From NCBI GenBank assembly GCA_041666865.1, contig JBAYGD010000006.1, forward strand, positions 20,390-84,389: 64,000 nucleotides of DNA, written 5' to 3'. Below the pieces are notes generated by a model. The model searched no databases. It saw only the letters and a program-made list of their open reading frames with translations, and was not told the DNA's origin. Position 1 is the stretch's first letter; every line of letters starts with the position of its first letter. This DNA comes from Candidatus Omnitrophota bacterium (GTDB taxonomy: Bacteria; Omnitrophota; Omnitrophia; Omnitrophales; Aquincolibacteriaceae). Positions 43,852 to 55,301 of the stretch are shown piece by piece. A program made the position numbers and the translations under genes.

Positions 43852-44661
43852 GTGGGTCAGAAGGCACATCCGTACGGGTTAAGATTGGGCTATATCAAGC
43901 CCTGGAAGGCGAGATGGTTTGCACCGAAAAATTTCGGGGCCATGTTGCACGAAGATTTGAAACTGCGCAAGTATCTGAAGACCAAGCTCGGAGCGGCGGG
44001 CATTTCCAGCGTTGAGATCGAGCGGTCGAGCGGTCGTGTGCGCGTGCGTATCTTTACGGCACGGCCCGGGGTGATCATCGGCCGCCGGGGGCAGGAGATC
44101 GATAAGGTCCGCGAGGAGCTTTCGGCCCTGACGAAAAGCGAGCTTTTCGTGGATATTAAGGAGGTCAAGAGTCCCCAGACCGACGCACAGCTCGTTGCCG
44201 ATAATATCGCGCTACAGCTCGAAAAGCGCGTCAGCTTCCGCAAGGCCATGAAGAAATCGGTTCAGCTGGCGATGCAGAAGGGGGCGCTCGGGATCAAGGT
44301 CCTTTGCAAGGGGCGCCTCGGCGGAGCCGAGATCGCGAGGGATGAGGGTTACCGCGAAGGCAAGGTGCCGCTTGGAACGTTCCGGGCGGACGTCGACTAT
44401 GGCTTCGGGGAGGCCTTTACGACTTACGGGACGATAGGCTGTAAAGTTTGGATCTATAAAGGGGATATATTGGTTAAAAAGGAAGATGCCCACCGGCGCG
44501 ACGAGCTTAAGCGCGCGATGGAGGAAAGGGCCCAGTCCGAAGGCCATGTTGCTGCGGCGCAGCCTGAAGCTACGCCGGCCCCTAACACGGCCGCCGACGC
44601 TGCCGGAAGCGCTGTGAGCGAAACACCGGCGCAAACGCCGCCGCCGCAGGACGCCGCCTAA
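43852..44661 (+). CDS. rpsC: 30S ribosomal protein S3 (with Ala/Pro-rich C-terminal extension)
   Basis: GTG start. KH and S3-C domains. Confidence 0.94.
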   Translation: MGQKAHPYGLRLGYIKPWKARWFAPKNFGAMLHEDLKLRKYLKTKLGAAGISSVEIERSSGRVRVRIFTARPGVIIGRRGQEIDKVREELSALTKSELFVDIKEVKSPQTDAQLVADNIALQLEKRVSFRKAMKKSVQLAMQKGALGIKVLCKGRLGGAEIARDEGYREGKVPLGTFRADVDYGFGEAFTTYGTIGCKVWIYKGDILVKKEDAHRRDELKRAMEERAQSEGHVAAAQPEATPAPNTAADAAGSAVSETPAQTPPPQDAA

Positions 44662-44704
44662 GGCCCCTTCGGGATCGTCATCATTTTGAGAGAGGAATCG
44701 ATTT

Positions 44705-45133
44705 ATGCCGTTAATGCCTAAGCGAGTTAAATTTAGAAAGCAGCAGCGGGGCTGGATGCGCGGTGTTGCGACCCGGGGCTCAACGATTGCCTTCGGGGAT
44801 TACGGCCTGAAAGCCATACAATGCGCCTGGCTGACCGCGATTCAGCTTGAGGCCGCCCGCGTCGCGCTGACGCGGCACGTGAAACGCGGCGGCAAGATCT
44901 GGCTCAGGATTTTCCCCGACAAGTCCTACACCAAAAAGCCGGCTGAAACCCGCATGGGGAAGGGCAAGGGAGCGCCCGAGTACTATGTGGCGGTGGTCAA
45001 GCCGGGGCGGATTTTGTTTGAAATGGGCGGTATTCCGGAAGCGCTGGCGCGTTCGGCCTTGAGGCTGTGCGCTCACAAGCTGCCTTTCCGGACTAAATTC
45101 GTCAAGCGCGAAGGAGTCGCGAGCCATGCTTAA
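44705..45133 (+). CDS. rplP: 50S ribosomal protein L16
   Basis: Family-typical sequence. Confidence 0.95.
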   Translation: MPLMPKRVKFRKQQRGWMRGVATRGSTIAFGDYGLKAIQCAWLTAIQLEAARVALTRHVKRGGKIWLRIFPDKSYTKKPAETRMGKGKGAPEYYVAVVKPGRILFEMGGIPEALARSALRLCAHKLPFRTKFVKREGVASHA

Positions 45134-45332
45134 AATCGAAGAACTCCGAGGTCTCAGCGAGGCCGAGCTTGAAGATAAGGTCATGAACCTCAAGAAGGAA
45201 CTGATGCAGTTCCGGTTCCAGGCGAAAACCGGAAAATTGGAACAGCAAACCAGGATCCGCGATACCCGGCGGGACATCGCCCGGATGCTCACGGTCCTCA
45301 ACGAAAAGAAACGATCCGAGGCGAAATCGTGA
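45126..45332 (+). CDS. rpmC: 50S ribosomal protein L29
   Basis: Family-typical sequence. Confidence 0.92.
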   Translation: MLKIEELRGLSEAELEDKVMNLKKELMQFRFQAKTGKLEQQTRIRDTRRDIARMLTVLNEKKRSEAKS

Positions 45333-45595
45333 GCACAAGCGAACCATCCAAGGTGACGGGCAAGCGCACGCGCGAGGGCGTGGTCACAAGCGACAAGATG
45401 AACAAGACGGTCGTCGTCGAAGTTACGCGGCTCATGCGGCACGCGGAATTCGGTAAAGTGATCCGGAACCGGAAGCGCTATTCGGTTCACGACGAAAAAA
45501 ACGAGGCCAAAACGGGCGATAAGGTCCGGATCGTCGAAACCAGGCCGCTGTCGAAAACCAAGCGGTGGAAATTAGTCGAGGTCCTCAAGTCATGA
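45329..45595 (+). CDS. rpsQ: 30S ribosomal protein S17
   Basis: GTG start. OB-fold signature. Confidence 0.93.
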   Translation: MSTSEPSKVTGKRTREGVVTSDKMNKTVVVEVTRLMRHAEFGKVIRNRKRYSVHDEKNEAKTGDKVRIVETRPLSKTKRWKLVEVLKS

Positions 45596-45960
45596 TCCAA
45601 ATGCGCAGCATTCTCGAAATTGCCGACAACAGCGGCGCCAAGCGCGCGTCCATGATCGGCGTTCTCGGACGTCACGGCAAGCGCGTGGCCGAGATCGGCG
45701 ACATCATTACGGCGAACGTGAAGGAAGCGCTCCCGGAAGGAACCGTCAAGAAAGGCGACGTGGTCAAGGCGGTTGTCGTCCGCACGCGTTCTCCCATCAA
45801 GCGCTCGGACGGTTCGGTGGTGAAGTTTTCATCCAACGCGATTGTGATTATCGATAACAACAAGAATCCCCGGGGGACCCGGATCTTCGGGCCGGTCGCG
45901 CGCGAACTGCGCGAGGCCCATTTTATGAAGATTCTGTCTCTCGCACCCGAGGTGGTCTGA
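45592..45960 (+). CDS. rplN: 50S ribosomal protein L14
   Basis: Track ORF trimmed to [12 protein letters not shown] overlap with rpsQ. Confidence 0.94.
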   Translation: MIQMRSILEIADNSGAKRASMIGVLGRHGKRVAEIGDIITANVKEALPEGTVKKGDVVKAVVVRTRSPIKRSDGSVVKFSSNAIVIIDNNKNPRGTRIFGPVARELREAHFMKILSLAPEVV

Positions 45961-46274
45961 TGCGTATCAAGAAAAACGATCAGGTGGAAGTGATTTCCGG
46001 AAAGGACCGGGGCAAGAGGGGACGTGTCTTTATGGTCTTCCCAAAGGAAAACAAGGTCCTGATCGAAAAAATCAACTATCAAACGGTCTACCTGCGCAAG
46101 AGCCAGCAGAACCCCAAAGGCGGCATCACCAAGGCCGAAGGCAAACTTGACGCATCGAAAGTCCAGCTCATCTGCCCGAGGACAGGACAACGGACCAAGG
46201 TGGGCTGGCGCGTGCTGGCTGACGGAACGAAACACCGGATTTCCAAGAAATCCGGGGAAATGTTGGGGGCCTGA
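45960..46274 (+). CDS. rplX: 50S ribosomal protein L24
   Basis: KOW motif. Confidence 0.93.
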   Translation: MRIKKNDQVEVISGKDRGKRGRVFMVFPKENKVLIEKINYQTVYLRKSQQNPKGGITKAEGKLDASKVQLICPRTGQRTKVGWRVLADGTKHRISKKSGEMLGA

Positions 46275-46276
46275 CG

Positions 46277-46843
46277 ATGACCACGGAACAGCCAGTTGCT
46301 TCATTTATGTTCGAAAAATACCGCCGGGAGGTCGTGCCTGCCATGATGGCCGAGTTCCACTATGGCAACATCATGCAGGTCCCGAAGCTCCGGAAGGTCG
46401 TCGTCAATATGGGCATCAAGGAAGCCAAGGAGGACGTCAAGATCCTCGAGCAGCTAACCGTCGAGCTGACGCGGATTACCGGTCAAAAGCCCGTGACGAC
46501 GATCGCCAAGAAATCGATTTCGGCGTTCAAACTCCGAGAGGGGCAGCCTGTCGGTCTGAAGGTCACGCTCCGGCGCGCCCGCATGTACGATTTCCTCGAG
46601 CGCCTGTTTCACGTGGCCATGCCCAGGATCCGAGACTTTCGGGGCTATCCGGATTCGAGTTTCGACAGTCAGGGCAATTACTCGCTAGGGGTTCATGAGC
46701 AGACGATTTTCCCTGAAGTGGAATTCGATAAGATCAAGCTCACCAAGGGGATGGACATTACCCTGGTCACGACGGCCAAGACCAAGGAGGAGTGCAAAAA
46801 GCTGCTCGAACTGCTGGGGCTCCCCTTCAGGAAAAAGGGCTAA
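46277..46843 (+). CDS. rplE: 50S ribosomal protein L5
   Basis: Family-typical sequence. Confidence 0.95.
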   Translation: MTTEQPVASFMFEKYRREVVPAMMAEFHYGNIMQVPKLRKVVVNMGIKEAKEDVKILEQLTVELTRITGQKPVTTIAKKSISAFKLREGQPVGLKVTLRRARMYDFLERLFHVAMPRIRDFRGYPDSSFDSQGNYSLGVHEQTIFPEVEFDKIKLTKGMDITLVTTAKTKEECKKLLELLGLPFRKKG

Positions 46844-46889
46844 TCGGCCCGGCCGGAATATTCTCTAACACGAAAAGGAACACTGATTC

Positions 46890-47075
46890 ATGGCAAAGAC
46901 CTGTTTGATCGTGAAGCAAAGACGGGAGCCGAAGTTCCCGGTCCAAAAATACAACCGCTGTCAGCAGTGCGGAAGACCGCGCGGGTACATCCGGAAATTC
47001 GCGCTTTGCCGCATTTGTTTTCGCGAGTTGGCGAACCAGGGCTTTATCCCGGGCGTCGTCAAGTCGAGCTGGTAG
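46890..47075 (+). CDS. rpsZ: 30S ribosomal protein S14, zinc-ribbon type Z
   Basis: 61 aa with the CxxC...CxxC motif. Confidence 0.93.
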   Translation: MAKTCLIVKQRREPKFPVQKYNRCQQCGRPRGYIRKFALCRICFRELANQGFIPGVVKSSW

Positions 47076-47093
47076 ACAAAGGAGAAACTCAGG

Positions 47094-47489
47094 ATGGCCA
47101 GAACGGATTTTGTAGGTGATTTTTTGACGGTGATTCGCAACGCGGCGCGTGCGCGGCACGAGAAGATCTCGATCCCCGCCTCGAAAATGACGCTTAGGAT
47201 CGCGGAAATCCTGAAGGAAGAGGGTTTCGTAGAGAGCGTGAAGGGCTACACGGAAGGCCATAAAGCGTTCGTGCGCATCCATATGAAATACCTCGGCAAG
47301 AAATCCGCGATCCAGGGCATTAAGCGGGTTTCGACGCCCGGGCGGCGCTGGTATGCGGCCTGCGGAGAAATTCCGAAAGTGCAAGGGGGGCTTGGGATTT
47401 CGATTGTGTCGACCTCCCGCGGCCTCACCACGGACCGCAAGGCCCGTGAGGAAAAAATCGGCGGCGAAGTCATTTGTAAAGTTTGGTAA
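47094..47489 (+). CDS. rpsH: 30S ribosomal protein S8
   Basis: Family-typical sequence. Confidence 0.95.
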   Translation: MARTDFVGDFLTVIRNAARARHEKISIPASKMTLRIAEILKEEGFVESVKGYTEGHKAFVRIHMKYLGKKSAIQGIKRVSTPGRRWYAACGEIPKVQGGLGISIVSTSRGLTTDRKAREEKIGGEVICKVW

Positions 47490-47504
47490 GCAAAGGCGGC
47501 GGAC

Positions 47505-48041
47505 ATGTCAAGAATCGGTAAAAGAGCGGTTGTGATCCCGGAAAAAGTCAAGGTGGTGCTGCAGGGGCGCGCTTTGACGGTCGAGGGTCCCAAGGGCAAA
47601 CTCGGGCTGGAAGTGCACCCCAGGATGAAGGTCCTCGTGGAGGACAAGGAAGTCCGGGTGGAGCGTCCGACGGACATTCGCACGGACCGCGCTCTACACG
47701 GCCTGACGCGCAGCCTGATCCAGAACATGGTGCTCGGGGTGACCCAGGGATATATGAAGGAACTCGAGATCGAGGGAGTGGGATTCAAGGCGATCCTCAA
47801 GGGGAAGGTCCTCAATCTCGCCCTTGGGTATACGCATCCGATCGACTACCAGATCCCGGAAGGCATCGAAATCAAGTGCCCATCCCAGACGAAAATCACG
47901 ATCACCGGGACCGACAAGCAGCTCGTCGGCCAGGTGGCGGCCGAAATTCGGCTTTTCCATGAGCCCGAGCCTTACAAGGGCAAGGGCATCCGGTACGTCG
48001 GCGAAGTGGTGCGGCGCAAACAAGGTAAGACGGTCGGTTAA
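47505..48041 (+). CDS. rplF: 50S ribosomal protein L6
   Basis: Family-typical sequence. Confidence 0.95.
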   Translation: MSRIGKRAVVIPEKVKVVLQGRALTVEGPKGKLGLEVHPRMKVLVEDKEVRVERPTDIRTDRALHGLTRSLIQNMVLGVTQGYMKELEIEGVGFKAILKGKVLNLALGYTHPIDYQIPEGIEIKCPSQTKITITGTDKQLVGQVAAEIRLFHEPEPYKGKGIRYVGEVVRRKQGKTVG

Positions 48042-48055
48042 TTCAAGAGGAATCT

Positions 48056-48415
48056 ATGCTTGCAAAACAGTTGAGACGGATCAAGAGACATCAGGGAATC
48101 CGGAGAAAACTCATCGGGTCAGCCGAACGGCCCCGAGTTTGCGTGCGCCGGTCCCTCAACAACATCTATGTCCAGGCGATCGACGATATCGCGGCGGTGA
48201 CTTTGGCTTCTGCCTCGACCCGGGACAAGGGCTTCCAGAAACCCGAGGGCCCGGCCGACAAAACGGCGATGTCCAAATGTCTCGGGCAGTATTTCGCGGA
48301 GCGGCTCAAACAAAAGGGAATTTCAAAAATTGCATTTGACCGCGCCGGGTATCAATACCACGGGCGGGTTAAGGCACTGGCTGAAGCCTTACGCGAAGCC
48401 GGGATCCAGTTTTAA
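48056..48415 (+). CDS. rplR: 50S ribosomal protein L18
   Basis: Family-typical sequence. Confidence 0.94.
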   Translation: MLAKQLRRIKRHQGIRRKLIGSAERPRVCVRRSLNNIYVQAIDDIAAVTLASASTRDKGFQKPEGPADKTAMSKCLGQYFAERLKQKGISKIAFDRAGYQYHGRVKALAEALREAGIQF

Positions 48416-48435
48416 TCCGGCCGCTCGAGCCGGGG

Positions 48436-49050
48436 ATGAAAGGAGAAACGACTTTGGTGGAAGAAAAAAAAGAACGAAAAGGCAGGGGCCAGTCGGAAAA
48501 CAGAGGGCCTCGCAAAGCCTCGCTCATGGCGGGAGCGGGGAACTATGAGAAGGTCATTCAGGTCAACCGCTGCGCCAAGGTTGTCAAGGGCGGCAAGAGG
48601 TTTTCCTTCAGCGCTCTGGTCGTCTGCGGTAACGGCACCGGCGAAGTAAGCTATGCGCTCGGCAAGGCCAATGAGGTCGCGGATGCGATCCGCAAGGCGC
48701 TTACGGCGGCGCAGAAAAACAAGATCAAGGTACTTTTGAAGGGGACCACGATTCCCCACGAAACGATCGGCCGCTTCGGCGCGGCCCGAGTGCTTCTGAA
48801 GCCCGCGGCGCCCGGAACCGGAGTCATTGCAGGCGGTTCGGTGAGGGCCGTGTGCGAGGCTTGCGGCATCAAGGATATTCTGACCAAGAGCTTGGGTTCC
48901 GATAATGCCATCAACGTCCTGAAGGCCACGATTGAAGGCTTGAAGTCGCTGGTGATCTGCAGAGAGCGCGACGGAAAGCCCCCGGCGGCACAGACGGAAG
49001 GCCAGGTTACAAAGGATGCCGAGGAACCGGCGAAGGAAACAGCGTCATGA
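48436..49050 (+). CDS. rpsE: 30S ribosomal protein S5 (N- and C-terminally extended)
   Basis: S5 dsRBD and C-terminal domains. Start ambiguous: AAAGGAG inside the ORF is followed by TTG/GTG at 48454/48457. Confidence 0.9.
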   Translation: MKGETTLVEEKKERKGRGQSENRGPRKASLMAGAGNYEKVIQVNRCAKVVKGGKRFSFSALVVCGNGTGEVSYALGKANEVADAIRKALTAAQKNKIKVLLKGTTIPHETIGRFGAARVLLKPAAPGTGVIAGGSVRAVCEACGIKDILTKSLGSDNAINVLKATIEGLKSLVICRERDGKPPAAQTEGQVTKDAEEPAKETAS

Positions 49051-49502
49051 GAGCGAAATTTCCCTATAAGAAGCGCAGGAAGCGCGTCGGGTGCGGACAG
49101 GGGTCCGGGCACGGAAAAACCTCTACCAAGGGTAACAAGGGACAGAAGGCTCGTTCCGGACAGACGCGCATGCCCGGGTTTGAGGGGGGGCAGAACCCAT
49201 TCTATCGCCGCGTCCCGAAGCGGGGATTTAATAACGCGGCCTTCCAGCGCGACTATTCGATCGTCAATTTGGACAGCATCGAAAAGCTTGGTTTGAGTGA
49301 GGTGACGCCGGAAATCCTCGTGCGCAGCGGCATGGTTCACGACGTGCTCGACGGGTTGAGGGTGCTCGGGGACGGAATACTGACCAAGCCGGTTACGGTC
49401 AAGGCTCATTATTTTACGGGGACCGCGAAAACAAAAATCGAAAGTGCCGGGGGCCAGGCAATCCTCATGGCGCGGCCCGCGACGCCCAGAACACATAAGT
49501 AA
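49047..49502 (+). CDS. rplO: 50S ribosomal protein L15
   Basis: [16 protein letters not shown] motif. No rpmD between rpsE and rplO. Confidence 0.93.
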   Translation: MRAKFPYKKRRKRVGCGQGSGHGKTSTKGNKGQKARSGQTRMPGFEGGQNPFYRRVPKRGFNNAAFQRDYSIVNLDSIEKLGLSEVTPEILVRSGMVHDVLDGLRVLGDGILTKPVTVKAHYFTGTAKTKIESAGGQAILMARPATPRTHK

Positions 49503-49524
49503 CGCACGAAAGAGACGCATTGAC

Positions 49525-50883
49525 ATGATTAAGGGTTTCAGCAACATCCTGAAAGTGCCGGATCTGAGAAAAAAGGTGCTTTTTACGTTGCTGATCGTCG
49601 TCATCTACCGGATCGGAAGTTTTGTTCCGACGCCCGGGATTGACGGAGGGGCTCTCGGGAGATTTTTCGAGAGCATTGCGCGGACTCCGGGCGGGACGCT
49701 CTTTGGCATCATCGGGATGTTTACCGGCGGCGCGCTGCAGCGGGCGACCATTTTTGCCCTCGGGATCATGCCGTATATTTCGGCGTCGATCATCCTGCAG
49801 CTTTTGACGGTGGTGATTCCTTATCTGGAGAAGCTTGCCAAAGAGGGTGAGGAAGGCCGTAAGAAGATCATCCAATACACCCGTTACGGGACGGTGATCT
49901 TGAGCATCATCCAGACTTTTTTCATCGCGCTGTGGCTCGAAAACCCATACAGCTTCAACGGAACGGTCATCGTTCCCAATCCGGGATGGGGGTTCCGGCT
50001 GATGACGATATTGACCATGACCACCGGCACGGCTTTCATCATGTGGCTGGGCGAACAGATCGACCAGTATGGGATCGGAAACGGCATGTCAATCCTGATC
50101 ACGGCCGGAATCATCGAGAGTATTCCGACGGCCTTTTGGCAGACGTATCTTTTGCTGTCGCCCTTTGACCTGGCTCACCAGCAGCTGGCTTGGTGGAAGT
50201 TTGCGGTGATGTGCTTTTTGTTTGTGACGACCGTGATCGGCGTGATTATGATCATCCAGGGCCAGCGAAAGATCCCTGTGCAGTACGCCCGGCAGATACG
50301 CGGGCACCGGATGTACGGCGGGCAGAGCACTTACTTGCCGATGAAGGTCAACCAGGCCGGGGTGATCCCCATTATTTTTGCCCAGTCGGTGATCTTGTTT
50401 CCGGCGACGATCGCGGGTTTTTTTCCGAAAGCCGGCGCTCTGACCGCTGCGGCCAGGTTTTTGAGCGCGGGAAGCATTTCGTATTCAATTATTTACGCGG
50501 TCTTGATCCTGTTTTTTACGTTCTTTTATACGGCGATTACATTCAACCCGATCGATGTGAGCGAAAACCTCCAGAAATACGGCGGCTTTATTCCGGGGAT
50601 CCGTCCTGGAAAAACGACGGCCGAATACCTGGATTATGTGATGACGAGAATCGCGACTAGCGGGGCTTTTTTTCTGGCTGTGATCGCGCTTCTGCCGAAC
50701 GTGATTTCGTCACCCAAGGTGATGAATATTCCTTTTACGATCGCGAGCTTTTTCGGCGGCACCGGACTTTTGATTATCGTCGGCGTCATGCTGGATGTGA
50801 TGGCTTCGATCGAATCGCAGCTTTTGATGCGCCATTACGAAGGGTTCATCAAAAAGGGAAAGCTGAAATCGAGGCAGCGATGA
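49525..50883 (+). CDS. secY: Preprotein translocase subunit SecY
   Basis: Track ORF trimmed to MIKGFSNILKVPDLRKK. Ten TM segments. Confidence 0.95.
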   Translation: MIKGFSNILKVPDLRKKVLFTLLIVVIYRIGSFVPTPGIDGGALGRFFESIARTPGGTLFGIIGMFTGGALQRATIFALGIMPYISASIILQLLTVVIPYLEKLAKEGEEGRKKIIQYTRYGTVILSIIQTFFIALWLENPYSFNGTVIVPNPGWGFRLMTILTMTTGTAFIMWLGEQIDQYGIGNGMSILITAGIIESIPTAFWQTYLLLSPFDLAHQQLAWWKFAVMCFLFVTTVIGVIMIIQGQRKIPVQYARQIRGHRMYGGQSTYLPMKVNQAGVIPIIFAQSVILFPATIAGFFPKAGALTAAARFLSAGSISYSIIYAVLILFFTFFYTAITFNPIDVSENLQKYGGFIPGIRPGKTTAEYLDYVMTRIATSGAFFLAVIALLPNVISSPKVMNIPFTIASFFGGTGLLIIVGVMLDVMASIESQLLMRHYEGFIKKGKLKSRQR

Positions 50884-51539
50884 AGCTCGTTCTTTTAGGA
50901 CCTCCGGGCGCGGGCAAGGGCACCCACGCCAAGAAGCTCGGCGGGGCCTATGGGCTCCGCCACTTGGCGACCGGCGACATTTTGCGCCAGGAAATCCGGG
51001 GCGGGACGGAACTTGGGGGTCGCGCCAAGGGCGTCATTGAAAAGGGCGGTCTGGTCTCCGATGATCTCATCAACGAGATGATGGCCAAGCAGATCGAGTC
51101 CGGCGGGGCAGACAAAGGCTTTCTTTTGGACGGTTATCCGAGGACGATCAATCAGGCCGAGGCCCTTGACGTTTTTTTGAAGCATCACGGCATCAAGATC
51201 GACGCGGTGATCAATTTCGTGACGTCCGAGCAGGTTGTGATCGACCGGCTGTCTGGCCGCCGGGTTTGCGCGAAATGCGGCGGGAACTTTCATGTTCATA
51301 ACATCCCGCCCAAAAAAGAGGGGATCTGCGATTTCTGCGGAGACGCTTTGGTGCAGCGCAAGGACGATAAGCCCGAGACCGTACGCCACCGGCTCGAGAC
51401 GTACCGCAAAGAAACGAGCCCTCTCATCGAATATTACCGCCAGCAGGGGCTGCTCCATGATTTTCCGGCCGACCAGGGGGTGGAACCCCTGCAGGTCGAG
51501 TTGAGAAAGTTCTTTGAAAAAGCCGGTCTGGTGCAATGA
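50880..51539 (+). CDS. adk: Adenylate kinase (with Cys4 LID)
   Basis: GPPGAGKGT P-loop. CAKCGG...CDFCG zinc LID. Confidence 0.95.
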   Translation: MKLVLLGPPGAGKGTHAKKLGGAYGLRHLATGDILRQEIRGGTELGGRAKGVIEKGGLVSDDLINEMMAKQIESGGADKGFLLDGYPRTINQAEALDVFLKHHGIKIDAVINFVTSEQVVIDRLSGRRVCAKCGGNFHVHNIPPKKEGICDFCGDALVQRKDDKPETVRHRLETYRKETSPLIEYYRQQGLLHDFPADQGVEPLQVELRKFFEKAGLVQ

Positions 51540-52288
51540 TCGCGCTGAAATCAGCGCGCGAAATAGTGATGCTCACGCAGGCGGCCGGAATTGTTAAGAG
51601 AATATTCCAGGCGGTAGAACCGGCGGTTCGTCCGGGGGTGACGACGGGCGAGTTGGACGCCATCGCGGAGAAGGTCATCCGGTCGAGCAAGGCGGAACCC
51701 GCTTTTAAGGGTTACCGTGGCTATCCGAGCGTGGCCTGCATTTCCGTGAACGAGGAAGTGGTTCACGGGATTCCGGGGCCCAGAAAGCTCCTAGACGGGG
51801 ACCTGGTTAGTTTCGATATCGGCGTCAAATGGGACGGTTTTTACGCCGACGCCGCAAGGACCTGGATTGCAGGGCAGGCGGTTTCAAGGGTCCCGCAAGC
51901 TTTGATCGAAGCGGCTCGGGGGGCGTTGGCCGAAACCCTTGGAAGATACAGGCGCGGTTTCCGGGTAGGTGATATTTCCTCCTCGATTCAGCAGCATGTC
52001 GAGGGGCTCGGGTTCGGGGTTGTCCGCGACTATGTCGGACACGGGATCGGAAGAATGCTCCACGAGGAGCCGCAGGTGCCCAACTTCGGCACGGCCGGGC
52101 GCGGCCCGAGGATCGAGCCGGGGCTCGTATTGGCGATCGAACCCATGGTGACGGAGGGGCAGTACGCCGTCGAAGTTCTGCCGGACGGGTGGACGGTGGT
52201 GACGCGGGATCGTACGCTGGCAAGTCATTACGAAGACATGATTGTTTTTACGGAAGAGGGATATCTGAATTTGACGGGGGAGCTGTAG
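51536..52288 (+). CDS. map: Methionine aminopeptidase type I
   Basis: Family-typical metal-ligand residues. Confidence 0.94.
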   Translation: MIALKSAREIVMLTQAAGIVKRIFQAVEPAVRPGVTTGELDAIAEKVIRSSKAEPAFKGYRGYPSVACISVNEEVVHGIPGPRKLLDGDLVSFDIGVKWDGFYADAARTWIAGQAVSRVPQALIEAARGALAETLGRYRRGFRVGDISSSIQQHVEGLGFGVVRDYVGHGIGRMLHEEPQVPNFGTAGRGPRIEPGLVLAIEPMVTEGQYAVEVLPDGWTVVTRDRTLASHYEDMIVFTEEGYLNLTGEL

Positions 52289-52293
52289 GGATT

Positions 52294-52512
52294 ATGCCGA
52301 AGGAAGACTCCATCGAAATGGAAGGAACGGTGGTCGAGCCCCTGCCCAACGCGATGTTCCGGGTTAAGCTGGACAACGGGCACCGGGTTTTGGCGCATAT
52401 TTCGGGCAAGATGAGGATGAATTACATCCGAATCTTGACGGGTGACCGGGTGAAGCTTGAGCTTTCGCCGTATGACCTGAACCGTGGCCGGATCACTTTC
52501 CGGGTGAAATAA
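52294..52512 (+). CDS. infA: Translation initiation factor IF-1
   Basis: Track ORF trimmed to [24 protein letters not shown] (72 aa, S1-like). Confidence 0.93.
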   Translation: MPKEDSIEMEGTVVEPLPNAMFRVKLDNGHRVLAHISGKMRMNYIRILTGDRVKLELSPYDLNRGRITFRVK

Positions 52513-52534
52513 AAAAAAGAAAGCGGGAAATTTT

Positions 52535-52648
52535 ATGAAAGTACGAAGTTCCGTCAAGCGAATTTGCGAGAATTGCAAGATCATCCGCCGAAAGCGGATT
52601 GTGTACGTGATCTGTTCCAATCCCAAGCACAAACAGCGGCAGGGGTAA
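52535..52648 (+). CDS. rpmJ: 50S ribosomal protein L36
   Basis: Not in the track (37 aa). Product [37 protein letters not shown] with the C-x2-C-x12-C-x4-H zinc ribbon. Confidence 0.92.
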   Translation: MKVRSSVKRICENCKIIRRKRIVYVICSNPKHKQRQG

Positions 52649-52663
52649 AGGGGAGCAACTGAT

Positions 52664-53050
52664 ATGCCAAGAATCATGGGTATTGATATTCCGAGGGAAA
52701 AAAGAACGGATGTCGCTTTGCGCTATTTGTACGGCATCGGGAAGACGCTGGCTGTCCGGGTGCTTGCGGAAGCGGGCGTCGATCCGGCGAAGCGCGCCAA
52801 AGACCTGACGGAAAAGGAAGTCTCGGCGATTACCATCGTCATTCAGAAGCACTACAAGGTCGAGGGTGAGCTGCGCCGGGAAGTTCAGTCGAATATCAAG
52901 CGGATGATCGATATCCGCTGTTACCGGGGCAGCCGCCATCTGAAAGGCCTGCCTGTTCGGGGGCAAAGGTCGCACACGAACGCGAGGACACGAAAAGGTC
53001 CGCGCAAGACTATCGGCGGGCTGAACCGTAAGCCGCCTTCGCCCAAATAA
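52664..53050 (+). CDS. rpsM: 30S ribosomal protein S13
   Basis: Family-typical sequence. Confidence 0.95.
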   Translation: MPRIMGIDIPREKRTDVALRYLYGIGKTLAVRVLAEAGVDPAKRAKDLTEKEVSAITIVIQKHYKVEGELRREVQSNIKRMIDIRCYRGSRHLKGLPVRGQRSHTNARTRKGPRKTIGGLNRKPPSPK

Positions 53051-53154
53051 CGACACCGAAAGGTGTTATGTTGAGGCCCGACGGGGATGGCCGCGACATC
53101 TCGAGACGCTTTTAAAATGATCCCGATTCTCGTTTAAAAAAGGAAACGATCCGC

Positions 53155-53526
53155 ATGGCAAAGAAAAAGAAGGTCAGACAAGTTTCGCGCGGGGTGGCCA
53201 ATATCCTGGCGAGTTTCAACAATACCGTGATTACCATCACGGATTCGGAAGGCAACACCCTCTGCTGGTCCTCCTCAGGTGCGGCGGGATTCAAGGGGTC
53301 GAAGAAATCGACTCCTTACGCGGCTCAGGTTGCTGCGGAGCAGGCCGCGAAAAAGGCTCTGGCGTTCGGCATGAAGGAAGTCGAAGTCTTTATCAAGGGA
53401 CCGGGGGCCGGCCGCGAGTCGGCGATTCGAGCCCTGCAGATCGGCGGGCTTCAGATCAGCGCGATCCACGACATCACGCCCATTCCGCACAACGGCTGCC
53501 GACCGCCGAAAAAGAGGAGGGTCTAA
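53155..53526 (+). CDS. rpsK: 30S ribosomal protein S11
   Basis: Family-typical sequence. Confidence 0.95.
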   Translation: MAKKKKVRQVSRGVANILASFNNTVITITDSEGNTLCWSSSGAAGFKGSKKSTPYAAQVAAEQAAKKALAFGMKEVEVFIKGPGAGRESAIRALQIGGLQISAIHDITPIPHNGCRPPKKRRV

Positions 53527-53529
53527 TTC

Positions 53530-54156
53530 ATGGGAAAATATGTGGGCCCGGCCATTCGCTTGAGCCGGCGCGAAGGTGTGAATCTTTATCTGAAAGGAAG
53601 CCGGCGGGCCTCCGACGACAAAGTTGAAAGACGACTGTCCACGCCGCCGGGGCAGCATGGCGCTTCCAGGAGAAAGCTTTCCGACTACGGAGTCCAGCTG
53701 CGCGAGAAGCAAAAGCTCAAACGGATTTACGGGCTTCTGGAAAGGCAGTTCCATCTCTTTTTCGTCCGTGCGGCTAAAAAACGCGGGGTGACGGGAGAAA
53801 CGCTGATTTCGCTTCTCGAAAAGCGGCTCGATAACGTAGTCTACCGCCTTTTTTGGGCCAATACGAGGCGGGAAGGCCGGCAGATGGTCAACCATTGCCA
53901 TATCTACGTCAACGGCCGGATGGTGAATATCCCGTCCTACCAGGTGCGGGTGGGCGACAAGATTACGGTTCGGCAGCAGGAATCGACCGTGAACCGCGTG
54001 AAGGCCTGTCTTGAGAAGTGGAAGGATTTGCCGATGCCCGAGTGGCTCGCGCTTGACCGGGGTGCGCTTGAAGCGTCGATTTTGAGGGAACCGACCAAGG
54101 CGGATGCGGCCCTGCCGGTCGAAGAATCTTTGATTGTTGAGTTGTATTCTAAGTAA
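53530..54156 (+). CDS. rpsD: 30S ribosomal protein S4
   Basis: S4 domain. Confidence 0.95.
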   Translation: MGKYVGPAIRLSRREGVNLYLKGSRRASDDKVERRLSTPPGQHGASRRKLSDYGVQLREKQKLKRIYGLLERQFHLFFVRAAKKRGVTGETLISLLEKRLDNVVYRLFWANTRREGRQMVNHCHIYVNGRMVNIPSYQVRVGDKITVRQQESTVNRVKACLEKWKDLPMPEWLALDRGALEASILREPTKADAALPVEESLIVELYSK

Positions 54157-54215
54157 TCCGCGGAAGAGCTTTCGCGTGATCTTGAAAAAGATGATCTCTT
54201 AAGAGGAGGAAGGCA

Positions 54216-55238
54216 ATGGGTATCCGCTGGAAAACATTCGAAATGCCAAAGCGTCTGGAAGTCGACAGGGGAACGTTGACGCCGACCTACGGAAAGTTTG
54301 TCGCTGAGCCGTTTGAACGGGGCTATGGAACGACGATCGGCAACGCTTTGCGCCGCGTCTTGATTTCCTCGATCGACGGGGCTGCGGTGACCAGCATCAA
54401 GATCGACGGGATGCTGCACGAGTTCTCGACGCTCGACGGGGTTTTGGAAGACGGGACCCAGATCGTCCTGAACATCAAGCGCCTGGTTGTCAAATACCAC
54501 GGCAAGGGAACGAAAAAGGTCGTGATCGAGGCGGACAAGGCGGGGCCGGTTTTGGCCCGTCAGGTCCTTGCCGACGAGACGGTTGAAATCGTGAACCCGG
54601 ATATGGTGATCTGCAATCTCACGAAGAACGTGAAGCTGCGGATCGAGATGGAAATCGGCCGCGGGCGCGGGTATGTCCCCGCCGAGCGCAATAAGCAGGA
54701 AGGTTCGCCGATCGGCATGATCCCAGTGGATTCGCTGTTTTCTCCCGTTCATAAAGTCAATTTCACGGTGGAGGAGACCCGCGTCGGCCAGATGACCGAC
54801 TATGACAAGCTGAATCTTGAAATCTGGACCAACGGGGCGATGGATCCCGAAGAGTCCTTGCTGTACGCCTCCAATATCCTCCAGCGCCATCTCGACATTT
54901 TCGTCAACTACGGCGAGATTCCGGTCGAGGAGGAGGAGGAAGAGGAGGAGGACCACGCGTTTAAAGATCTGATTGCCAAACCCATCAGCGAGCTCGAACT
55001 TTCGGTGCGCAGCGCAAACTGCCTCGAGGCGGCCAGCATCAAGACGATCGGCGACCTCGTGCAGAAGACCGAAGCGCAGATGCTCAAATATAAGAATTTC
55101 GGGAAGAAATCCCTGGCGGAAATCACGGCGATTCTCACGGCCATGGGCCTGGCGCTCGGAATGAACATTGAAGAGAGGATGAAAGGCAAAAAGGCGGCCC
55201 CGGCGGTTGCAGCGGCGCCTGCCTCGGACAATGCTTGA
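54216..55238 (+). CDS. rpoA: DNA-directed RNA polymerase subunit alpha
   Basis: NTD plus CTD (helix-hairpin-helix). Acidic EEEEEEEE linker. Confidence 0.95.
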   Translation: MGIRWKTFEMPKRLEVDRGTLTPTYGKFVAEPFERGYGTTIGNALRRVLISSIDGAAVTSIKIDGMLHEFSTLDGVLEDGTQIVLNIKRLVVKYHGKGTKKVVIEADKAGPVLARQVLADETVEIVNPDMVICNLTKNVKLRIEMEIGRGRGYVPAERNKQEGSPIGMIPVDSLFSPVHKVNFTVEETRVGQMTDYDKLNLEIWTNGAMDPEESLLYASNILQRHLDIFVNYGEIPVEEEEEEEEDHAFKDLIAKPISELELSVRSANCLEAASIKTIGDLVQKTEAQMLKYKNFGKKSLAEITAILTAMGLALGMNIEERMKGKKAAPAVAAAPASDNA

Positions 55239-55301
55239 GCCGGTAAGACGCGGCATCGAGCTACAATGACGGATCGATAGAAGGGGAGCAGGTCGAGACC
55301 T